Positions 1-9,169 are shown, numbered from the stretch's first letter. The stretch: 57,760 bases of DNA from a virus (IMGVR_UViG_3300048858_000021:1-57760), one strand, 5' to 3'. Made by a program: numbers and translations. Notes: generated from the letters alone by a model not told the origin.

Positions 1-127
1 GGCCGATTGACGTGCAGGAATGTACCTGGCAGGAGCGGCGCGGTAGACTGTGGGTGCGGAGTTCGCTTGCCCGGCGCCGCATCACGGGTCGTCCCGGTCT
101 GGACCGTAGCCACCTCGTCGCTCCCAC
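1..127. repeat. Terminal direct repeat copy 1 (127 bp; probable circular assembly overlap)
   Basis: 1-127 identical to 57634-57760; 127 is a common assembler k-mer size. Confidence 0.95.
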
Positions 128-212
128 TCGACGAGGAAGCGCTCGCAGACCGGGACGACTCGCATTCTTGTGAACTGGACTTCGATGTGGGACAGTTCTT
201 GTGTTCGCACTC
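52..212 (+). ncRNA. Candidate structured leader or small RNA
   Basis: 17-bp stem 85-101/146-162 (one G-U), inner 8-bp stem 113-120/129-136, gaactg/cagttc hairpin, closing helix 52-60/204-212; GGTAGACT -10-like box at 42-49. Confidence 0.4.
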
Positions 213-234
213 CAACAAGAAGAAGGGCAAGGCC

Positions 235-468
235 ATGAAGGCTCTCCGGATCGCCTCGGCGGTTCTCGTGTTCACGCTGGCGATCGTCGGGATCCTCCTC
301 GGCGTCGCCCTCTCCCTCACGATCATCGGTGCCATCCTCGGCATCCCGATCCTTATCGGTTCGTGCGGCATGGTCATCCTCGGCCTCAAGATGCTCGGGC
401 TGGAGGCGCAGAGCGAGGCCTGGCGCCAGCGGACGACCGGCCGTCTTGCGCACAGCCACCAGGCATGA
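235..468 (+). CDS. Small two-TM membrane protein (77 aa)
   Basis: ATG 235 after purine-rich aagaagaagggcaagg; hydrophobic core IASAVLVFTLAIVGILLGVALSLTIIGAILGIPILIG. Confidence 0.75.
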   Translation: MKALRIASAVLVFTLAIVGILLGVALSLTIIGAILGIPILIGSCGMVILGLKMLGLEAQSEAWRQRTTGRLAHSHQA

Positions 469-508
469 GACGCTTCTCTCGTCACCGCAACGACTAGGGC
501 CAGGAGGC
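445..508 (+). promoter_or_regulatory. Early cassette promoter + RBS, copy 1 (degenerate operator)
   Basis: TTGCGC-N17-GACGCT preceded by TGA; RBS CCAGGAGG. Confidence 0.65.
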
Positions 509-512
509 CACT

Positions 513-1532
513 GTGATCACCAGCACCGACCGTCTCGCGAAGATGCTCGAGCGGGCACGCAACCTGATGGCCCGGGCTGACCACCCGAACACTCCGAAGC
601 CGGAGGCGGACCTCGCCCGGCGCCAGGCCGAGAGCCTGATGGAGAAGTACCGCCTCACCGAAGAGGACATGGTCCAGAGCGGTGAGATGGCCGCGACGGT
701 GGGCTTCCGTGAGATCATCCTGTGCCGGTCGGGCAGCGAGTTCCGGGACTACTACTACTCGCTCGGCCTTCAGGTCGCCGGACACCTCGACCTGCCGTAC
801 TCGGTGAAGTACAAGACCGACGATGAGGGGTGGCGCGTCATCGCCCTCGAGTTCGTGGGCTACGAGTCCGACCTCGCCATCGCGGACCTCATGGTCACCG
901 AGATGATCAACGCATTCGGGAAGCACCTCGAGCCGAAGTACGACCCGACCGAGAGCAACGAGGAGAACGCCTGGCGACTGCGGAGCGGAGGCTGGGAGCG
1001 GGCTCGCATCGCCAGCGTCCTCTACGGTCCGTCCGAGACGGAGAACGAGCAGAAGGCGAAGAACCGGAAGGTGACCGCCCTCATCCGCCAGTACGCAGAC
1101 CGGCACGACGGCCTCGACGCGGACGACCTCCTCGGCCGAGGGAACAACATCAAGGGCTACCGAAAGTCGTTCGCCGACGCCTTCCTCAACACCCTCGTCC
1201 GCCGCCTCTGGGAGATGCGCGAGGCTCGCTCGGAGGGCGGGGCCATCGTGTTCGCCAACCGCCGTGATCGGCTCATGGAGGCGCTGTACGAGCGCTACCC
1301 GGACCGTCGCCCGATGCCGCGCACGGCCGATCTCGAGGGCTCCTTCCCCGCGAAGGAGTGCCCGAAGTGCCTGCGGGCCAAGACCGGCTACTGCCGGGAG
1401 CACAAGCCTGCCGCCTACCCGCGCTCGCGGGCTACCGGCCCGTCGTACAGCAGTGCCGGTGCCCGACGGGGCCGCGAGGCCGCTGCCAGCGTGAACATCG
1501 GCAGCGGACCTGCCAAGAAGATCTCTCACTAG
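513..1532 (+). CDS. DUF2786-family protein
   Basis: N-terminal LERARNLMARA..TPKPEADLARRQAESLMEKY matches the DUF2786 pattern; strong RBS. Confidence 0.75.
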   Translation: MITSTDRLAKMLERARNLMARADHPNTPKPEADLARRQAESLMEKYRLTEEDMVQSGEMAATVGFREIILCRSGSEFRDYYYSLGLQVAGHLDLPYSVKYKTDDEGWRVIALEFVGYESDLAIADLMVTEMINAFGKHLEPKYDPTESNEENAWRLRSGGWERARIASVLYGPSETENEQKAKNRKVTALIRQYADRHDGLDADDLLGRGNNIKGYRKSFADAFLNTLVRRLWEMREARSEGGAIVFANRRDRLMEALYERYPDRRPMPRTADLEGSFPAKECPKCLRAKTGYCREHKPAAYPRSRATGPSYSSAGARRGREAAASVNIGSGPAKKISH

Positions 1533-1536
1533 AGGT

Positions 1537-1622
1537 CTTGCGCCCTCCTCCGATGTGTGAGAGGATACTCTCATCGGGGGAGGGCAAGGGGCTCTCAACC
1601 ACAACTGGTCCAGGAGGACATC
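1537..1622 (+). promoter_or_regulatory. Early cassette promoter/operator/RBS, copy 2
   Basis: TTGCGC-N17-GAGGAT; perfect TGAGAG-N4-CTCTCA at 1558-1573; GGTCCAGGAGGACATCATG. Confidence 0.8.
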
Positions 1623-1949
1623 ATGGCTAGCATCAAGGTCGTCATCGCTGAGGGCGTCAACACCAAGAACTTCCCCGAGGCCGTCAAGACCGGGCAGGTC
1701 CGCTTCTACCGGGTCCGCGAGAACGGCACCACCCGCAACGTCCCCGTCCTGTCCGACCAGGACCGCGAGACGGCGGAGGCCATCCGCACCGCACGCGCCG
1801 AGGGCGTGACCGTCCGCGAGATCGCCAAGACGCACCACATCTCGGTCGCCACGGTTCGCCGCCTCCTGGCCGAACTGGACCTCACCGAGCGGGTCGAGGG
1901 CCTGAACCGCTCCGGCATCATCCGCGTCTTCAAGGAGCGCTCGCTGTGA
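1623..1949 (+). CDS. Helix-turn-helix DNA-binding protein (108 aa)
   Basis: AIRTARAEGVTVREIAKTHHISVATVRRLL; ATG follows strong RBS. Confidence 0.8.
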   Translation: MASIKVVIAEGVNTKNFPEAVKTGQVRFYRVRENGTTRNVPVLSDQDRETAEAIRTARAEGVTVREIAKTHHISVATVRRLLAELDLTERVEGLNRSGIIRVFKERSL

Positions 1950-2059
1950 TCACGCTCGCCACTGACCAGGCTCTGGGATGGGTTCTCATCCTGGTCGGGG
2001 CGGGCGTGCTGGTCGGCTGGTGGCTCGGCCGCACGGCACGTCGCGAAGAGGACCGCTGA
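1946..2059 (+). CDS. Single-TM micropeptide (37 aa)
   Basis: GTGA overlap with upstream stop; VITLATDQALGWVLILVGAGVLVGWWLGRTARREEDR (below ORF-track cutoff). Confidence 0.6.
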   Translation: MITLATDQALGWVLILVGAGVLVGWWLGRTARREEDR

Positions 2060-2075
2060 CGGTCCGACCCGGGGT

Positions 2076-2150
2076 CTTGCACTCCGGGTCGAGCCGTGAG
2101 AGGATACTCTCATCAGGGCAACACACCGCAACAAGGTCCAGGAGGACAAC
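2076..2150 (+). promoter_or_regulatory. Early cassette promoter/operator/RBS, copy 3
   Basis: TTGCAC-N17-GAGGAT; TGAGAG-N4-CTCTCA at 2097-2112; GGTCCAGGAGGACAACATG. Confidence 0.8.
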
Positions 2151-2615
2151 ATGGCTAGCATCAAGTGCGGCAACTGCACCGGCACCCACGCCAGCGTCGC
2201 GGAGGTCCGCATGTGCCACGCGGTCGGCACCCTCGGCGCCGAGACGGTCGCCTACGCGCCGGTGACCACTGCCCCTCGCACCGTCCCGCAGGCCAACGCC
2301 GAGGTCCCGGACGGTCGCTACTGCATCACGTTCGACGGCAAGGTCCGGTTCTTCATTGTCGACACCGGCAAGAACGGTCGCTGGGCTGGGTTCCAGTTCG
2401 TCAGCGAGCAGGCTGGCGACGAGAAGTACCCGGTGCGCGGTCGTGGCCGCAAGGACGACGTGCTCGCCGCCATCCGCCGGGAAGGTGTCAAGGAGGCCTC
2501 TCTCCGGTACGGTCACGAACTCGGGCACTGCGGAGTGTGCGGTCGCACGCTTACCGACGAGTCCAGTCGAGCAGCGGGCATCGGCCCTGTCTGCGCTGGC
2601 AAGATGGGCTGGTGA
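2151..2615 (+). CDS. DUF6011-like zinc-binding protein
   Basis: C-terminal GHCGVCGRTLTDESSRAAGIGPVC; N-terminal CxxC..H..C. Confidence 0.75.
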   Translation: MASIKCGNCTGTHASVAEVRMCHAVGTLGAETVAYAPVTTAPRTVPQANAEVPDGRYCITFDGKVRFFIVDTGKNGRWAGFQFVSEQAGDEKYPVRGRGRKDDVLAAIRREGVKEASLRYGHELGHCGVCGRTLTDESSRAAGIGPVCAGKMGW

Positions 2616-2673
2616 CCGGCTGGGGCGGCCTACGGGCCGCCCCGCTGGCACCCGCCAGACAAGGAGATATGAA

Positions 2674-2949
2674 GTGGCTACATACGGAAGATGGCAGGTG
2701 AGCGACCGGGTGCACGAGTGCGCCGAGTGCCGCACGCCGATCGCGAAGGCAGACGTCTACATGCGCCTCGGCTTCGTCGACAACGAGACCTACGAGCGCA
2801 TCACGCGCGGCAAGGACCTCCTCAACCCAGACATCCTCAAGCGTCTGTTCGACGCGACGATGGCTGCCGGGTACCCGATCAAGAAGATCCACCAGTCGTG
2901 CTGGAACGGTGTGGCGAGCCTGGTGCAGAAGTCGGCGGCCGTTCGGTGA
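2674..2949 (+). CDS. Hypothetical Cys/His protein (91 aa)
   Basis: AAGGAG RBS then GTG 2674; HECAEC...IHQSC. Confidence 0.6.
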   Translation: MATYGRWQVSDRVHECAECRTPIAKADVYMRLGFVDNETYERITRGKDLLNPDILKRLFDATMAAGYPIKKIHQSCWNGVASLVQKSAAVR

Positions 2950-3302
2950 GGGCGTTCGACGGCACGGAGCAGTTCGCCGAGGGGCTGTGCTGTGTGCCGT
3001 GGCAGGAGTCGAGCGACCACATATGTGCCCTTCAGGAGTCTCTGAAGGCCCTCAGAGCGACGAACAGGGCGTCGTCGGCCTGTACCGGCCTGACGCTGGT
3101 GCAGTTGCTTGAGAAGGCCCTCGACGAGGTCTACGACGACCTCATGGAGTACGAGGGCAACGACGAGTCGACAGTGGCCGAGATGAGAGGCCGGGCTCAG
3201 GGTCTCGCCGCCGCCCTCGCCATCCTGCGCAGGCCGCACTACCCGAACATGGACGAGGTCCGACGCGAGGCCTCTGAGCGCTACACCGACCGTCAGGTGT
3301 AG
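2946..3302 (+). CDS. Hypothetical protein (118 aa)
   Basis: GTGA coupling with upstream gene; phage-like codon usage. Confidence 0.6.
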   Translation: MRAFDGTEQFAEGLCCVPWQESSDHICALQESLKALRATNRASSACTGLTLVQLLEKALDEVYDDLMEYEGNDESTVAEMRGRAQGLAAALAILRRPHYPNMDEVRREASERYTDRQV

Positions 3303-3303
3303 A

Positions 3304-4074
3304 GTGATGTCAACGACGGACCAGGAGGTCGAAGTGGGACAGCAGGAGCGAGCGGCGAAGAAGCGCCGCCAGGCAGATCTGAAGTTCGACGCGGTTCTGA
3401 CAGCCGCTCTCGAGAAGGTGCGGGCGAACCGGGAACTGCGCCCGGACGACACCGACGCCGAGGTGTGGGGTGAGGCCGCCGAGTCGGAGGGCGAGGAACT
3501 CGAACTCGCCCTAGCCGTCCGGCACCTCCGGGACACGCAGGGCGTGGCGTGGTGGACGATCGGCCAGATGCTCGGTCTCCCTGGGGCGGGCGACTCCGCT
3601 GCGACGGGGAAGGCTGGGGCGGCGTTCTCGCGGAAGTTGTACGCTCGAGCGTTCGGCTCAGCACCCCGCACACAGAAGGAGCGCGGTACCGGAGACGGTG
3701 CGAAGCGCAAGAAGGCCGAGCAGAACGAAGACCGCGCCGCCCTCAAGAAGACGCCGAAGGTCGAGCGGGTGGAGATGGTTCGCGCTGGCAAGAGCGTGAT
3801 CCGAGAGGACGCCACCGACGACGAGATCATCGCCATGCTCGCCGGTGGCCGCACCATCTCGTGGACCATCAACCTCAACAACGTGGACCACAAGGGCGAC
3901 CGGTTCTTCGAGCAGACCGCCGACGTGCACCTGCGCAACGTGTGGGTCCGGGAGATGAACGGCGAGCGGGTCGTCATGTTCCACCAGGTCTTCCGGGAGG
4001 GACCCTGGAAGTACCGGGAGATGGCTGGACCCGTTCGAGTGGTGCGTGTTCGTGCCATTCATTCTGTAAGGTGA
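3304..4074 (+). CDS. Hypothetical protein with possible HTH
   Basis: LAVRHLRDTQGVAWWTIGQMLGL resembles an HTH; operon-packed. Confidence 0.65.
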   Translation: MMSTTDQEVEVGQQERAAKKRRQADLKFDAVLTAALEKVRANRELRPDDTDAEVWGEAAESEGEELELALAVRHLRDTQGVAWWTIGQMLGLPGAGDSAATGKAGAAFSRKLYARAFGSAPRTQKERGTGDGAKRKKAEQNEDRAALKKTPKVERVEMVRAGKSVIREDATDDEIIAMLAGGRTISWTINLNNVDHKGDRFFEQTADVHLRNVWVREMNGERVVMFHQVFREGPWKYREMAGPVRVVRVRAIHSVR

Positions 4075-4078
4075 TCGC

Positions 4079-5944
4079 ATGGCAACGGTCAAGGCGACGA
4101 TCATCGAGGACCGCATCATGGTGCGGGCGCCCTTCGATTACAAGGAGCGCGTGAAGCGCGTCCTCGGCGCGAGGTGGGCGAAGACGGAGAAGGCGTGGTC
4201 CTACCCCGCCACCGTCGACACCTGCCTCGGTCTACGGCGTGAGTTCGGTGACGAACTTCGGGTGCTGCCCGCCCTGGCGGAGTGGTACGAAGCCGCCAGC
4301 GTGCGAGCCGCAGATCAGGCCGCGCTAGTGGGTGCCACCGACGCTACTCTGGTGCACGTGCCCGGCAGGGCGCCCCGCCTGGCGGCAACGCTGCGCCCGG
4401 ACCAGCGCGTAGGCGCACGGGCCATCGCCGAGGCGTACCACGGCTCGATCCTCGTGGCCGACAAGCCCGGCCTCGGCAAGACCCTCGAGACGATCGCTGG
4501 CGTCCTCGAAGCCGAACTGCCGGGCGACTACCTCGTCGTCTGCCCGAAGTTGTCCGTCAAGAACGTGTGGCACCGCGAGATCTCGAAGTGGACCGACGAG
4601 CCCGTCTACATGTGCCGTGGAACCCGCGCTCAGCGAGAGAGGGCTCTCGCCGCATTCAAGGCGGACCCTCGCACCGGCAAGTGGCTCATCATCGTGTCGG
4701 AGATGCTGCGAATTCGTGAGACGCCGGACCTGTCGTCGCCCAACGAGAAGAAGATGAAGTTCCTCGGGTACGAGTATCCGGAACTGTTCGAGAACGATTG
4801 GGGCGCCGTCGTCGTTGACGAGTCGCACAAGGTGATGGGCTCTCTCACTGTCGTCAAGGGCAACTTGATGGGGAAGGGTCTCAAGCGCCTTCCGGTCGCC
4901 CCGACCGGCCGTCGTATCGCAGTGAGCGGGACGCCGTTTGGCAAGGGCGGTCGAGTGCAGGGCATGTTCGGCACTCTCCATTGGCTCTGGCCCACGGAGT
5001 TCACGTCGTTCTGGAGGTGGGCTGGCACCTACTTCGAGATCGAAGAGAAGGTGATCGACTACCGGGGAAAGACTGCGAAGAAGGTCCTCGGCCTCAAGGG
5101 AGGTTTGGAGGGCGACGACTTCCTGCGTACCCTCGGCCCCCGCATCCTGCGCAGGACGAAGGAGGAGGTGCTCCCGTGGCTCCCTCCGAAGCAGTACGTC
5201 GAGGTGCTGTGCGAGATGACACCGGCGCAGAGGCGCCAGTACGTGTCGATGACGGAGGACGCTGAGATCATCGGCGAGAACGGAGTTCTTCTCGTCAATG
5301 GAACGCTCGCCCTCTACACTCGGGCGAAGCAGTCTGCCAATGGCGTGATCGACATTATCGAGGGCGAGACTGAAGAGGACGACGATGAGGTTGTCTTCAC
5401 GACCGAGTCGTGCAAGGTCGACGCCCTGTTCGAGAAGATGGAGACGCGCGGCATTCTTGATGGTACCGGCGACACCAAGATCATCATCGCCTCTCAGTTC
5501 AATCAGTTCCTCGACGGTTGCGTCAAGCCTCGCCTAGAGGCGGCTGGCGTGGAATATGTCGAGATCACCGGCAGCACCAGCGACACGAAGCGCGACGCCG
5601 CAATGGACGTCTTTCAGGGAGAAGGCGGTCCGCGTGTGTTCGTGCTCAACTCGAAGGCCGGTGGCGTGTCGATCACGCTGGACGCGGCCGACGAGGTGCA
5701 CTGCCTCGATGAGATGTGGTCGCCGGAGGACAACGAGCAGTTGGAGGACCGAGCCCACCGCGCCAGCCGCAACCACCAGGTCACGATCTTCTACTACCGG
5801 ACCGAGGGCACCGTCGACGAGCACATCGCTCAGGACGTTGAGGGCAAGCGGTTCGAGCAGCACAAGGTCCTCGACGGCCGTCGGGGCATCGAGTACGCTC
5901 GCCAGATGGTGACGTACCGGCCGACCAAGGAGATCGCAGCATGA
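4079..5944 (+). CDS. SNF2-family (SF2) DNA helicase
   Basis: ADKPGLGKT Walker A, VVVDESH Walker B, SGTP, RRTK, QLEDRAHR motif VI. Confidence 0.93.
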   Translation: MATVKATIIEDRIMVRAPFDYKERVKRVLGARWAKTEKAWSYPATVDTCLGLRREFGDELRVLPALAEWYEAASVRAADQAALVGATDATLVHVPGRAPRLAATLRPDQRVGARAIAEAYHGSILVADKPGLGKTLETIAGVLEAELPGDYLVVCPKLSVKNVWHREISKWTDEPVYMCRGTRAQRERALAAFKADPRTGKWLIIVSEMLRIRETPDLSSPNEKKMKFLGYEYPELFENDWGAVVVDESHKVMGSLTVVKGNLMGKGLKRLPVAPTGRRIAVSGTPFGKGGRVQGMFGTLHWLWPTEFTSFWRWAGTYFEIEEKVIDYRGKTAKKVLGLKGGLEGDDFLRTLGPRILRRTKEEVLPWLPPKQYVEVLCEMTPAQRRQYVSMTEDAEIIGENGVLLVNGTLALYTRAKQSANGVIDIIEGETEEDDDEVVFTTESCKVDALFEKMETRGILDGTGDTKIIIASQFNQFLDGCVKPRLEAAGVEYVEITGSTSDTKRDAAMDVFQGEGGPRVFVLNSKAGGVSITLDAADEVHCLDEMWSPEDNEQLEDRAHRASRNHQVTIFYYRTEGTVDEHIAQDVEGKRFEQHKVLDGRRGIEYARQMVTYRPTKEIAA

Positions 5945-6267
5945 CTCAGAAGCCGTACTTCATCGAGATCGAGCCGCCCGTGAACGGTCAGCCCTGGTGG
6001 GAGGCAGCCGGAGAGTTCCTCTCGAAGGGCCGATGGTTCTGGCGCGTCTACGACAAGGATCCGCAGCCGCAGCCCGACGAGGTCATCGTGTCTCTGGCGT
6101 CGGGCTACGCCCGCACAGAGGCCGGTGCACGGCTGGCAGCCGAGGAGTGGTGTGCGCGGCACCGTCGGGGCCAGTACACGTTCGACCCCGACCACCGACC
6201 CACGCGCATCCGCAAGGCCACGTTCCGGCCCGGAGGCCAGCGCTTCGACGAGCCGGACAACCTGTAG
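5941..6267 (+). CDS. Hypothetical protein (108 aa)
   Basis: ATGA overlap with helicase stop; AAGGAG upstream. Confidence 0.65.
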   Translation: MTQKPYFIEIEPPVNGQPWWEAAGEFLSKGRWFWRVYDKDPQPQPDEVIVSLASGYARTEAGARLAAEEWCARHRRGQYTFDPDHRPTRIRKATFRPGGQRFDEPDNL

Positions 6268-6305
6268 GCTCGAAGCCGCAGGTAGACGACGAGTTCGCTA
6301 GATGT

Positions 6306-6390
6306 CTTGCGCCGGAGGTCGCTGGCGTGAGAGCATGTTCTTGTCAGGGCAACACAACCCGCATCGGACCCCACTGGAGGGCAAGGAACC
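6306..6390 (+). promoter_or_regulatory. Early cassette promoter, copy 4 (variant)
   Basis: TTGCGC-N18-GAGCAT preceded by TGA, followed by TCAGGGCAACAC as in copy 3. Confidence 0.65.
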
Positions 6391-6969
6391 ATGAGCACCG
6401 ACACCACCGCCACCGAGACCCCCGAGGTCGAGGAGACCGTCACCGACGCCACCGAGGCCGAGGCCACGGAGACCGTCGAGGAGGTCGACCCGCTCGAGCG
6501 CAAGGCGGCCCGCGTGGGCGCGCTGCACCAGGCGCACGCGGACTACATCAAGGCGAACTTCGGCGTCGAGGTCGACCCGCTGCACGTCTTCCTCGTCTAC
6601 TCGACCCGCAACAAGTTCCGCAAGACGGACGCCTACCAGGAGGAGGTCAAGGCGCTCATCGAGCAGGAGCGCGAGGCCGCCGAGCAGGCGAAGGTCCAGG
6701 CCCGCGAGGCCCGCGAGGCGGAGCGCAAGGCGAAGGCCGAGGAGAAGGCCGCAGCGAAGGCGAAGAAGGCCGAGGAGCGCGAGGCCGCGAAGGCCGCGCG
6801 TGAGGCCGCCGCCGCCGAGAAGAAGGCCGCCAAGGAGGCCGAGGCCGCCGCGAAGGCCGCCGAGAAGGAGGCGACCGCCGAGGTCACCGCCGACGGCGAC
6901 ACCAAGACCACCAAGAAGCGCGGTGGCAAGGGCGCGGGCGACAAGCCGAAGGGCAACGCCCCGTTCTGA
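6391..6969 (+). CDS. Ala/Lys/Glu-rich coiled-coil protein
   Basis: Acidic N-terminus, AEEKAAAKAKKAEE-type repeats, basic C-terminus; strongly biased codons. Confidence 0.8.
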   Translation: MSTDTTATETPEVEETVTDATEAEATETVEEVDPLERKAARVGALHQAHADYIKANFGVEVDPLHVFLVYSTRNKFRKTDAYQEEVKALIEQEREAAEQAKVQAREAREAERKAKAEEKAAAKAKKAEEREAAKAAREAAAAEKKAAKEAEAAAKAAEKEATAEVTADGDTKTTKKRGGKGAGDKPKGNAPF

Positions 6970-6983
6970 TCGACCAGCCGGTG

Positions 6984-7010
6984 CCCCGGGGACTACGGTT
7001 CCCGGGGCTC
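6984..7010 (+). terminator. GC hairpin, putative intrinsic terminator
   Basis: ccccgggga-ctacgg-ttcccgggg after stop 6969; a second hairpin ctggtgt/acaccag follows. Confidence 0.55.
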
Positions 7011-7144
7011 TGGTGTCTCTACCGCAGTCCTCCGTTTCGGTAGACACACCAGTGCAGCAGCACCAGCACCTCGGCCGTGTGGGTGGCCGACGGTAGGCTG
7101 TACGCAGGCACAGACCCGGGAGGGCAAGCCCGGGAGAGGAGTGG

Positions 7145-8332
7145 GTGAGCGTGGCAGTAGACGTGTCTCTGAGGGGCGGTGTGCCCCTCCTGCGCACCAG
7201 CGAGCGGGGCGACTTCAAGCGCTGCCCGTGGCTGTGGAGCGTGGTCTGGGAGCAGGGCCTCACGACGCGGCGTGTGCCGACGTGGTCGTGGTTCGGCACC
7301 GCAATCCACAAGGGTCTCGAGGCCCGCTACCCAGTCGGCAACAAGCGCGGCAGCAAGGCCGACACCATCGACGCGTTCGTGGCAGCCCTCGACGGAGAGG
7401 TGCGCCGCGTCTACACCGAGGGCGGCGAACTCGACGATCAGGAGGTCGTCGACGGCAAGGCGCTCGGCATCGCAATGCTCGAGGGCTACATCCGCCACTT
7501 CGGCAAGGACTCCGAGTGGCAGGTGATCCACACCGAGCAGCCGTTCCAGATCGACGTCGTGGACCCCGATACCGGGGAACTCCTCGTCATTTACGCTGGC
7601 ACGTGGGATGCACTGATGCTCCACAAGCCGACCGGCGAGTTCTGGATCTGGGATCACAAGACGAGAAAGTCGTTCCCGTCGAACTGGAATTTCTACAACA
7701 TCAATGACCAGGCGGGATCGTACCTCTGGGTCGCTCCAGAGATTCTCCGGTTCATGGGCATCTTCAAGAAGAAGGACAAGATCGAGGGCCTGATCTTCAA
7801 TGCCCTCAAGAAGTCGATGCCAGACACCAGGCCGCGCAATGCGCAGGGCCTCGCGACTAACAAGCCGACGAAGCAGCACTACATCGACACGTTCACCGCA
7901 CGTGACGTGAACGTCCCGCCCCGTGCGACCCTCGCAGTCCTGGCGGCACAGGCCGAGGAGATGGGCATTACCGTCTTCGGCGACGTGTCCGCCACGCAGC
8001 CCGCCGAATTGTTCCACCGGGAGCGCATCTGGCGCAGCCCGCAGGAGCGAGTGACGCAGGGCCAGCGCGTGATCGCTGAGGCGAAGGCGATGACCGCCAT
8101 GCGCAACGGCACGCTCCCCATCTGGAAGACGCCGACGGAGGATTGCATCCGCTGTCCGATCTTCGAATACTGCGAACTGCACGAGCAGTCCCCGGAGGAC
8201 GCACCGGCATTCCGCGACTCCGTTCTGAAGCGGCGCGATCCATATCGCGACCACCGCGAGAACTTCGCGGACAAGGGTGTTAGCCTTACGGTTGAGGCTG
8301 CACCGAAGGGCAAGAAGAAGAAGGGTCACTGA
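7145..8332 (+). CDS. PD-(D/E)xK Cas4/RecB-like exonuclease
   Basis: RTSERGDFKRCP, FGTAIH, GTWDAL..WDHKT, Q..SY, C-terminal CIRCPIFEYC. Confidence 0.88.
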   Translation: MSVAVDVSLRGGVPLLRTSERGDFKRCPWLWSVVWEQGLTTRRVPTWSWFGTAIHKGLEARYPVGNKRGSKADTIDAFVAALDGEVRRVYTEGGELDDQEVVDGKALGIAMLEGYIRHFGKDSEWQVIHTEQPFQIDVVDPDTGELLVIYAGTWDALMLHKPTGEFWIWDHKTRKSFPSNWNFYNINDQAGSYLWVAPEILRFMGIFKKKDKIEGLIFNALKKSMPDTRPRNAQGLATNKPTKQHYIDTFTARDVNVPPRATLAVLAAQAEEMGITVFGDVSATQPAELFHRERIWRSPQERVTQGQRVIAEAKAMTAMRNGTLPIWKTPTEDCIRCPIFEYCELHEQSPEDAPAFRDSVLKRRDPYRDHRENFADKGVSLTVEAAPKGKKKKGH

Positions 8333-9169
8333 ATGCCACCCACCAACAAGGGCGCGAAGCGTCCTGCCGCCATCACGCGGCTCCAAGAGACCGACAGTAC
8401 GGGCAAGCGCAACTGGCTCATATACGCGCCGTCCGGCTTCGGTAAGACGGTGCTCGCGGGTACCGCACCGAAGGCGCTCATCCTCGCCGTCGAGCACGGT
8501 GGCACCGAGTCCGCGAAGATGATGGGCTCCACCGCCGACGAACTCGTCATCGACACGGTCGGGAAGTTGGAGTCGGCGTACGACTACTTCAAGAACGGTT
8601 CCGGCTGCGACGACTACGACTGGGTCGTGCTCGATTCCCTCTCGGAGATCGAGGACATGTACTGGCAAGACCTTCAGGGCGACTCCGTGGTCAAGAAGTT
8701 GCAGGACTACGGTGCCGTCGAGACCCGCGTCAAGCGGCTCGTGGACAAGTGGAACCGCCTGCCGATCAACGTGCTCTACACCGCTGGTGCTGCCCGCCTC
8801 GACACCGAGGACGTGGAGACCGACGAGGAGCGCATCATGCTGATCCCTGCGCTGGGGACGGCGAAGGGCGTGCTCTCGCAGCGCATCGCGGCGAAGGTCA
8901 CCCTCGTCGGCTACCTGTCGGTCCTGGAGTACACCGACGAGGACAGCGGCGAGATCAAGGAGATGCGTCGCCTTCAGTTGCGCGGCTCCGAGCGCGTCAC
9001 CGCGAAGGACCGGCACGGCATCGCGCCGAAGACCGGCTTCCTCCGCAACCCCACAATCCCCCGCATGATCGAGAAGGCCGAAGCGGCTCTCGCTGGTGGG
9101 AATGGCTCCGAGGAGAACCTCGAGAAGCCCAAGAAGAAGAAGGCCGACAAGCCTTCGGAGAAGGAGTAA
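8333..9169 (+). CDS. Sak4-like AAA ATPase (putative recombinase)
   Basis: YAPSGFGKT Walker A, VVLDSLS Walker B, AKDR; lies between exonuclease and SSB. Confidence 0.85.
   Translation: MPPTNKGAKRPAAITRLQETDSTGKRNWLIYAPSGFGKTVLAGTAPKALILAVEHGGTESAKMMGSTADELVIDTVGKLESAYDYFKNGSGCDDYDWVVLDSLSEIEDMYWQDLQGDSVVKKLQDYGAVETRVKRLVDKWNRLPINVLYTAGAARLDTEDVETDEERIMLIPALGTAKGVLSQRIAAKVTLVGYLSVLEYTDEDSGEIKEMRRLQLRGSERVTAKDRHGIAPKTGFLRNPTIPRMIEKAEAALAGGNGSEENLEKPKKKKADKPSEKE

Noticed and set aside
1566-1571. TACTCT as the -10 of the cassette promoters
   Set aside because: It is 22 nt from the TTGC -35 and missing in several copies, whereas GAnnnT at 17-18 nt is conserved in all leadered copies
7145-8332. 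Cas4-like nuclease as evidence of a CRISPR system
   Set aside because: Sits in an exonuclease-Sak4-SSB recombination module typical of phages
7019-9016. Long minus-strand ORFs (665 aa here; also 11914-13497, 25009-26823, 39175-41055, 51421-53118)
   Set aside because: Antisense shadows of GC-rich, codon-biased plus-strand genes; no motifs or RBS
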